A stretch of 64,000 bases of DNA from assembly GCA_035063585.1 (NCBI GenBank), contig JAPSGB010000002.1, positions 32,001 through 96,000 on the forward strand, in the 5' to 3' direction. Below are positions 40,898-47,371 of this stretch, one piece after another (positions within the stretch are counted from its first letter, which is position 1; every line of letters starts with the position of its first letter). This DNA is from Polyangiaceae bacterium (GTDB lineage Bacteria > Myxococcota_A > Polyangia > Polyangiales > Polyangiaceae). The translations under genes were made by a program, and so were the position numbers. The notes below the pieces were generated by a model. That model saw only the letters and a program-made list of their open reading frames with translations, ran no database searches and was not told the origin of the DNA.

Positions 40898-42034
40898 ATG
40901 CCTCGCATCCCCGGGCTGGCACTCGTCTTTACGCTCTTCGCGAGCGGCTGCGGGCTGTTCAGCGGGCTCGAGGTGAAGTCGCTCGGGGTGTCCGCGGACA
41001 AGCCCGGCAACGTCGCGGTATACCTCTCGGTGACTGACGGCGACGCGCCGGTCGGTGACCTCAGCGAGCAGGACTTCTCGGTGTACGAGAACGGGCAGCG
41101 CGTGGACGCAGAGCGGAGCGGCCTCACCCTGCTCGATCGCGACGCGGTGGCGGATTTCCGCACCGTGCTCCTCGTGGACATGAGCGACGCGGCGCGGCGC
41201 GACGAGCTCGCGCGCGCCGCGATGAGCTTCGTCGAGAACGCGCGACGCACGCAGGCGGTGACCGTCTACGCCTTCGATGGCGATGGCCGGCTCCACGCCG
41301 CGGGCGACTTCGCGCGCGGAGCCGCGACCAGTGAGGGCTCCCCTCCGACGCCCCTGAGCGGGCTCGCGTCGTTCGCCACGCGAGATCCCTCGCGAGACCT
41401 CCACGGGGCCATCGTGGCGGCGCTCGCAGCGCTCGACGCGCGGCTCATGCAGGCGAAGCAGCCGGTCCGCGTGGGGACCTTGGTCGTGTTCACCGAGGGG
41501 CCGGATCTCGCCGGGCGCGTCTCCGCCGATGCGCTCGAGGCCGCGCTCGACGCGACCGACCACGAGGTGTTCGCGCTCGGTCTCGGCGAGGATGCCTCGG
41601 GCTTCAGCCTCTCGCGTATCGGACGCGCGGGTGTGCTCCGCGCGCCGACCGCGGAGGCGCTCGGCCCCACCTTCGCCGACGCCGGCAGCCGGGTGAGCGC
41701 GAGCCACGATGGGCATTACCTGCTTGCGTACTGCTCACCGGCGCGTGCCGGGATGCGGGCGCTACGCGTCACGGTCGAGAAGACCAACCGGGAGGGCACC
41801 ACCTCGACGGGCTCCGTGGAGGCCGAATTCGACGCCACCGGCTTCGGGGCGGGCTGCAACCCGAAGACGCTCCCGCGGTTCGTGGTGCGCGCGAGGCGGC
41901 CTGCCGAGACGAACCCGGGCAGCGCGACCACGCCAGCCGGACGCGCGGCGGAGCCACGCGCCGACGAGGCCTCGGAGCCCTCGGGGATCGTACCGCCGCC
42001 GAACGAGCCCGGCTACGCGCCGGCGACGCCGTGA
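40898..42034 (+). CDS. VWA-domain lipoprotein
   Basis: Lipobox ASGC; DFSVYENG, LLVDMS (partial MIDAS), LVVFTEGPD. Confidence 0.75.
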   Translation: MPRIPGLALVFTLFASGCGLFSGLEVKSLGVSADKPGNVAVYLSVTDGDAPVGDLSEQDFSVYENGQRVDAERSGLTLLDRDAVADFRTVLLVDMSDAARRDELARAAMSFVENARRTQAVTVYAFDGDGRLHAAGDFARGAATSEGSPPTPLSGLASFATRDPSRDLHGAIVAALAALDARLMQAKQPVRVGTLVVFTEGPDLAGRVSADALEAALDATDHEVFALGLGEDASGFSLSRIGRAGVLRAPTAEALGPTFADAGSRVSASHDGHYLLAYCSPARAGMRALRVTVEKTNREGTTSTGSVEAEFDATGFGAGCNPKTLPRFVVRARRPAETNPGSATTPAGRAAEPRADEASEPSGIVPPPNEPGYAPATP

Positions 42035-42393
42035 CCGAGCGCCGCACCGAAGAGGTCGAGCTCACGAGCTCCGAGTCGGTCGGAGAACGCGGGACGACGC
42101 GGCTGACCTGGCGCGTGCGAGTCGGGGATGGTTGGGTCGGCGCGGCTGACTATCCGGGCGTCACCATCGAGCGACTCGCGGCCGGGCCCGGCACCATCTG
42201 GGAGATCCGCCTCGTGCTCGAGCTACCGACCGGCACGCTCCTCATGCGCGTGGACTCGCGCCCGGGCGAGCCCCAGCGCGGCGACGTGCTCGATTTCCTC
42301 GCGCGAGCGCCTCGTCTGCCGCCACGACGAGTCCGGCGCACGCTCTACCGCGTCGGGCCGCGCGGCGCGCTCGTCGCGGCGCAACCGGAGTGA
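42031..42393 (+). CDS. Hypothetical protein
   Basis: GTGA overlap with the upstream gene; plausible composition. Confidence 0.6.
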   Translation: MTERRTEEVELTSSESVGERGTTRLTWRVRVGDGWVGAADYPGVTIERLAAGPGTIWEIRLVLELPTGTLLMRVDSRPGEPQRGDVLDFLARAPRLPPRRVRRTLYRVGPRGALVAAQPE

Positions 42394-42394
42394 G

Positions 42395-43027
42395 TCAGCG
42401 CTCGGCGGCGGCGAGGCGAGTGGTCGCCTCGCGCGGAAGCGCGGCGCCTCCGATCGTCCATTTCACCATCGCGCGCGCGGCCCGCTCGTCGCGGGCGGCG
42501 GCGTCCGCGCCCGCCTCGAGAAACGCCGCCCGCGCGGCGGCGCTGCCGCCGACGCCTATGATCGCCATCCCGCAGGTCCTCGAATAGCGCCGAACCGCGT
42601 CGACGAACTCGAGCGCCGCCGGCCCCGTGACACGACCGAGGTGGACGAGCAGGACCTCGTGCTCACCCAAAGCGACGTGCAGCGCGGCGGCGCTCAGCGT
42701 CTGGCACCAGTCGACCTCGAAGCCGCGGAACGCCGCGCGCCAACTCGAGCCGCGTTCACCGGCGCCCGAGATCCCGACGGAGACGACGCGCGGCGGTGCT
42801 CCGCCGAGGAGCGCCGACCCCTCGTAACCGAAGCGACGCATGAATCGCACCGCCTCGGTGCGATGAAAACGGAGGTGACGACCGGCCGTGCGGCGCCCGC
42901 ACAGGTGCCCGCGCTGCACCCAGTTGTGGATCGTCTTGAGATCGACCCCGAGCGCGCGCGCCAAGTCGCCGGACGTGAGCCCCCGTGTGGGTTCAGACCG
43001 CTCGAGACCATTCACCTCACATGCCAT
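42395..43027 (-). CDS. MerR/excisionase-like HTH DNA-binding protein with degenerate receiver-like domain
   Basis: LTSGDLARALGVDLKTIHNWVQRG...RTAGRHLRF; C-terminal alpha/beta region ending FLEAGADA. Start may be GTG at 43015. Confidence 0.8.
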   Translation of the reverse strand: MACEVNGLERSEPTRGLTSGDLARALGVDLKTIHNWVQRGHLCGRRTAGRHLRFHRTEAVRFMRRFGYEGSALLGGAPPRVVSVGISGAGERGSSWRAAFRGFEVDWCQTLSAAALHVALGEHEVLLVHLGRVTGPAALEFVDAVRRYSRTCGMAIIGVGGSAAARAAFLEAGADAAARDERAARAMVKWTIGGAALPREATTRLAAAER

Positions 43028-43210
43028 CCGTCCGGCAAGTCTCGGTCACCAGACCACGCGCACGCATCACCCTGCGGGGTGAGCAGACCCCCAAAATACC
43101 AGCGAGATCCCGGCCAGCTTCGCCGATCTCGGCACCTCCGGGTTGACCCCGGGGCCTGGCTCTTGCTCTGCTCTGCCGAAACGCGTGGGTTTGATTTCCG
43201 GAGGCGAGGG

Positions 43211-44791
43211 ATGAGACGACTGGCTCGACGTGGTGCATTTTTCGTTGGCGTGGCGACGCTCGCGCTGGTGAGCGTGCCCGCGCGGGCGTCATCGACGCTC
43301 GAGTTCCCGGACAACGGGGTCGGCGCGTTCTCGCGCGGCGGCGCGTGGCTCGCGACCGCGACCGATCCCATCGCGGGCTTCTACAACCCGGCCGCGCTCT
43401 CGATGCAGCCGACCTCGCTCGGGGTCGGAGCCAACCTCGCGCTCCAGAAGATCTGCTTCACCCGTGAGGGGACCGCGACCAGCCCGGCCACGCCGACGCC
43501 GAGCATCTCTGCCACCTATCCCACGAGCTGCAACGCGAACAGCGGCTCTCCGCAGCTCGTCCCGAACCTCGCCTTCACCTGGCGCGTGAACCGCGAGCTC
43601 GGCGTCGGGCTCACCGTGACGCCACCCGCCGCGTACGGCGCGCTCGCGTGGGACGACACCGCCCCCACCAGGAACCCGCCGTTCGGGACCCAGGAGCTCG
43701 CCTCGGGACAGCGGTACCTGTCCCGCGGAGTGAAGGCGACCGTGCTCTGGCCGACGCTGGCGGCCGGCTACTCGGTCACCGACCGCCTGCACGTCGGCGC
43801 CGGCTTCGTCGCCGGGATCGCGATCCTGGATCTCTCGAGCATGAGCATGTCGCAGGTGTCCCCGAACAGCCTGCGCGACGACGCCATCAACGACACCGCC
43901 AGCAACTTGAAGGTCAAGGACCTCTTTGTGCCGGGGTTCGTCCTGAGCGGGCTCTTCGAGGCGACCGACAACATCGACCTCGCCGCCTGGTATCGCTGGA
44001 GCGACCCCATCCGGGCGAAGGGCGACCTCGAGGTGAAGTCGAGCTACTACGACGCGACCGGCAAGAGGACCGCGCGCCCCACCATCTCGCGCTCCGACGA
44101 CCAGGTCGGTGAAGACGCGGCATCGGTGACGCTCCGCATCCCGATGGAAGCTCGTATCGGCGCGCGCTGGCACATGCCACGCCGCGACGTGACCCCGCTC
44201 GAGCGCGAAGGGCACCGCATCGATCCCTACCCCACGCGCGACCCGCTGCGCGACGACCTCTATGACGTGGAGCTCGATCTCAGCTGGACCAACACCGGCG
44301 CGAACCAGGCCATCGAGGTGCGCTTCCCGGAGGATCCGAGCCACCCGGGTCAGTCGCGCATCGCGGTCGCCAACCTCGGCTTCGTGCCCGCCAACGCGGA
44401 CGTCCTCACGGGGTATCGTGACACCTTCGGCGCCCGCCTCGGCGGACAGTACAACGTCCTCGGCAATAGGCTCGGCATCCGCCTCGGGACGTGGATGGAG
44501 ACCTCGGCCACCGACGCGGAGCATCTCACGGTCACCGGCGTGCCGGCGTTTCGCGCGGGCGTCGGCGGCGGCGCGGTGTTCCGCGTCGGCATGGTAGACC
44601 TCGAGGCCGGCTACCAGCACCACTTCAACGCGGGGTTCGACAACGGCGGCAACGGGAAACTCCACGCGGTCGCCGCCCTCGACACCAGCGCGAGCCCGAA
44701 CTTCGACTACCGCTCGTATCACGCGGTAAACGGCGGCAAGGTCACCCAGTCGGCGAACGTGTTCGCGGTGGGCGGCGTGGTTCGCTTCTGA
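43211..44791 (+). CDS. Outer-membrane beta-barrel, OmpP1/FadL family
   Basis: Signal peptide (ARA); SRGGAWLATATDPIAGFYNPAAL plug motif; C-terminal Phe. Confidence 0.85.
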   Translation: MRRLARRGAFFVGVATLALVSVPARASSTLEFPDNGVGAFSRGGAWLATATDPIAGFYNPAALSMQPTSLGVGANLALQKICFTREGTATSPATPTPSISATYPTSCNANSGSPQLVPNLAFTWRVNRELGVGLTVTPPAAYGALAWDDTAPTRNPPFGTQELASGQRYLSRGVKATVLWPTLAAGYSVTDRLHVGAGFVAGIAILDLSSMSMSQVSPNSLRDDAINDTASNLKVKDLFVPGFVLSGLFEATDNIDLAAWYRWSDPIRAKGDLEVKSSYYDATGKRTARPTISRSDDQVGEDAASVTLRIPMEARIGARWHMPRRDVTPLEREGHRIDPYPTRDPLRDDLYDVELDLSWTNTGANQAIEVRFPEDPSHPGQSRIAVANLGFVPANADVLTGYRDTFGARLGGQYNVLGNRLGIRLGTWMETSATDAEHLTVTGVPAFRAGVGGGAVFRVGMVDLEAGYQHHFNAGFDNGGNGKLHAVAALDTSASPNFDYRSYHAVNGGKVTQSANVFAVGGVVRF

Positions 44792-44893
44792 AGCGGCTCG
44801 CGGCGCCGCGGGCGGCTCGCTCGAACGTGTTCGCGGTGAGCGGCGTGGTTCGCTTCTGAAGCGGCCCGCGGCGCCGCGGGCGGGCTCGCTCGA
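44754..44893 (+). repeat. Tandem direct duplication (68-bp period) of the 3' end and stop of the FadL-like gene
   Basis: Copies start at 44754 and 44822; 2 substitutions and 1 indel. Confidence 0.95.
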
Positions 44894-44926
44894 CCGGGCC
44901 CGCGCAGGCCGCGCACCGCCCCTCCC

Positions 44927-45034
44927 CAAGAAACCCGAACGCGACCCGGTCACCCGGAGCGCCAGGGCGCCCAGCCTCGCAGTCAGGACGCTACACGCAA
45001 AAAAACCGAAGGCGACCCGGTCGCCCGGATCGCC
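44927..45034. repeat. Decayed direct duplication of the terminator (44927-44963 vs 44998-45034)
   Basis: 32/37 identity, offset 71 bp. Confidence 0.85.
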
Positions 45035-45038
45035 TTCG
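44999..45038 (-). terminator. Rho-independent terminator
   Basis: Minus strand CGAAGGCGATCCGG-GCGA-CCGGGTCGCCTTCG-G-TTTTTTT: 14-bp stem with one U.G pair that forms only in this orientation, GNRA loop, U7 tail. Confidence 0.92.
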
Positions 45039-46820
45039 TGGAAGCTCTCTTGTCGGTGGTGGACGCGCGAGCGCCCACGCAGTGCTGCTGTTCACCGACC
45101 CCGTGGTCTCGCCTGCCGGCGCGACCACGACATCATCTCGAGAATGTGGGCTCCAAGACCTCCAGACCCGCCGAGTACGCGCTCGGCTCGGTCTGGCGAT
45201 GGTGGACGAGGTGTTGGCTCGTTCCAGCTTCGATCGACGTGGTGCCGCCGCGCCGTCGCGTCCCACTCGTCGTGGTCGCGGGCGCCGACCCCTCGCGCCG
45301 GTCCGGCTGGAGGAGCCTTGGCGATCATACGCCGCTCTCTGGCGTTCGAGTGTCGCTCGCGAGGCACCGCCCCACGGCTCCACACCGCGCGACGGCTGAC
45401 ACCGAGCAGCCGCGCCTGCCGCTTGCGCGACCGGTTCGCTCCTCGTGCATTGACCTCGTAAGCCCGGATCGTGTGAACGCTCGCCTGGTTTAGGGGCGAT
45501 CGCCACGGCGATCCCGAACGCCTGTCGTCGTGTCCTCGTCCCGCGGATTCTCACCGCGAGTCAGCGCCACCTCTCGAGAGTATCTGCCCGAGAAAGAGGC
45601 GCCGTGCACCCGTTCGCCCAACCTGCTCCGCGACGCCTCGTCAAAGGCCGCCTCGGCTGGAGTTCGGCTAGAAGGCTCGCTGCCCGACCTCACGGTCGAA
45701 CACCGAACACCCAAAGATGCTTCGGACCGACTGCTGCAACCCACATTTCAAAGAAGAGCACCCGCGCGCCGCATGGCGACCGACTCACTTCGAGGCATAC
45801 GCCCCGGTTCGCCGGTGGACTCTCGGCTTCACGACCTCGAGCCCGCTTCGGCCAGCTGGCTCACCCGATGCACCGGACGTTGTCTTTCCGGAGCACACGG
45901 GAGAGGGCTGGACCTCTGATGTTCCGTCACCACCCAGCCCGACGAGGCACCTCTCGGCCCCGCGCCGGACTCGGCGATCTAGACCAGCTCCACCGGCCTC
46001 CGTGAAGAGAGCCGGATCCGTTGGACCGGAACACCTGTCACCGACAGGGAGCTCCACTCGGAGCCCTTGGCGCGACCGCCCGCGTCTCCGCGATCGCCGC
46101 ACCGCCGCCGTCCTTTCACGGCGATACGACTCCTCGTATCGCCGTTAGGCCCCGTCCGCCGACCCCAGCCGCAACCGGGGAGAGCATGCGCGAGCCAGAC
46201 GCCGCCTGCCGATTCCTGCTTGCCAAACACGACCCGCGAGCACACCGCGAATGGGAGGACCTCGCCGGAGAGCGCGTTTTCTTCGCTCTCCGATGACCCG
46301 ACACCGAGGCGCTGGGTCCGCGAGCGGCGCTCTTCCGAGCCGAGGCTCGGGACGGCGCTCGAGAGCGCCATCACGCCGGTCGAGGAGAGCCCGACCTGGC
46401 GTGCGCGCAGCGGCGCAGAGGCTAGCTCGAGCGTTTCCTCGGACACCCATCGTCACCGGCGCGCCTTCAGCAAACCCTGGAGCGGTCTGCGAGCGGGCGC
46501 ATCAGTCGAGGTCCCCTTCCCCGCCTTCGCGCGAACGAAAGCGCTTCCGAAGAACCTGGGTGCCTTCGATCGTCAGTGAGCTCCGCGGAGGAGAAATCCT
46601 CCGGAGGGAGCCGTCAGCCTCGCGTCACCCGAGAGTGAGCGAGCCCGAACGCGCCACTTGCGAACCGACCATCCACGGCTCCTTGACGGGAGCCGCCGAC
46701 GTTCGGCCGGTGACTGCCCCGCTCCGATTGGCTCATGACCGAATCGATGCGGCGCATCACTAGCGCCCCTGACGACCTCTACGAACGTTCCATTCGACAG
46801 CAGATGTGCCGCGAACTTCC
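44999..46820 (-). ncRNA. Candidate ~1.8 kb structured non-coding RNA of unknown family
   Basis: No credible ORF; bounded by a promoter and a terminator on the same strand; dense hairpins with GNRA/UUCG/CUCG loops; repeated internal motif. Transcription is inferred, not shown. Confidence 0.7.
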
Positions 46821-46827
46821 AGCTCCA

Positions 46828-46885
46828 TTCATAGCCTCTTTCCGCCACACAATCAAGCAACAAATACAGATTTTTCTTGAAATTC
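46828..46885 (-). promoter_or_regulatory. Sigma70-type promoter with UP-like AT tract
   Basis: TTGATT (46856-46851), 17-bp spacer, TATGAA (46833-46828); upstream GAATTTCAAGAAAAATCTGTATTTG in a very GC-rich background. Confidence 0.75.
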
Positions 46886-46894
46886 TTATCCACA
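46886..46894 (+). promoter_or_regulatory. Perfect DnaA box
   Basis: TTATCCACA, abutting the UP-like tract. Confidence 0.7.
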
Positions 46895-47150
46895 GGTTCT
46901 CCGCAATCTCGCGTCACGATAGACGCGCTCGCTTACGCGAGCTCCCGCGCCGCAAGGGGTGATTACCAACCCATGATTCGACGCCAGAATCCACGCCCGC
47001 GGTAGTCGACGGTTCAGCCACGACGTCTGTGCTGTTTGCTGCTCGCATCACTCGGATGCTCGAGAGCCCGATGACTCGCAGTCGCTCGCCGCGCTCGACC
47101 TCGCGCGCGGTCGTCTGCTACGGAGGGATCCTCAACGCAAGGAGAGCACC

Positions 47151-47348
47151 TTGGCGATCGATCTCGAGTCCCTGAAGACCGAACGCGACCGACTGAAGGA
47201 GTCGCTGCGAGAGCTCGAAGTCGAGCAACGCAGAGTCGAGACCGAGCTCAAGAGCCTTCGACAGCGCGAGATCCAGACCAAGCGCGAGCTCGAGGCGCTG
47301 GCGACGCTCATCGAGCTCCATGACGAGCGCTCCGCGTCCGGCGCGTAG
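47151..47348 (+). CDS. Small coiled-coil protein (65 aa)
   Basis: AAGGAG RBS before a TTG start; continuous heptad Leu pattern, E/K/R rich. Confidence 0.8.
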   Translation: MAIDLESLKTERDRLKESLRELEVEQRRVETELKSLRQREIQTKRELEALATLIELHDERSASGA

Positions 47349-47371
47349 CGACCCGCGGCGGGCGCCGCGCC

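Noticed and set aside
44999..46820. Region as 16S/23S rRNA, tmRNA, RNase P or a group I/II intron
   Set aside because: No universal rRNA signatures, no tRNA-like tmRNA ends, GAGGAAACGCTC does not match RNase P GAGGAAAGTCC, no domain V or intron-encoded ORF, and no interrupted host gene. A covariance search is still needed to confirm.
46857..46894. Replication origin (oriC)
   Set aside because: Only one DnaA box seen, no box cluster, and no dnaA/dnaN/gidA nearby; the AT tract is explained as an UP element.
44991..46962. Short ORFs in the 45-47 kb gap as protein genes (e.g. 44991-45554, 46067-46579, 46573-46917)
   Set aside because: No motifs, no convincing RBS, R/S/P/A-rich composition, mutually overlapping, and some run through the promoter or terminator.
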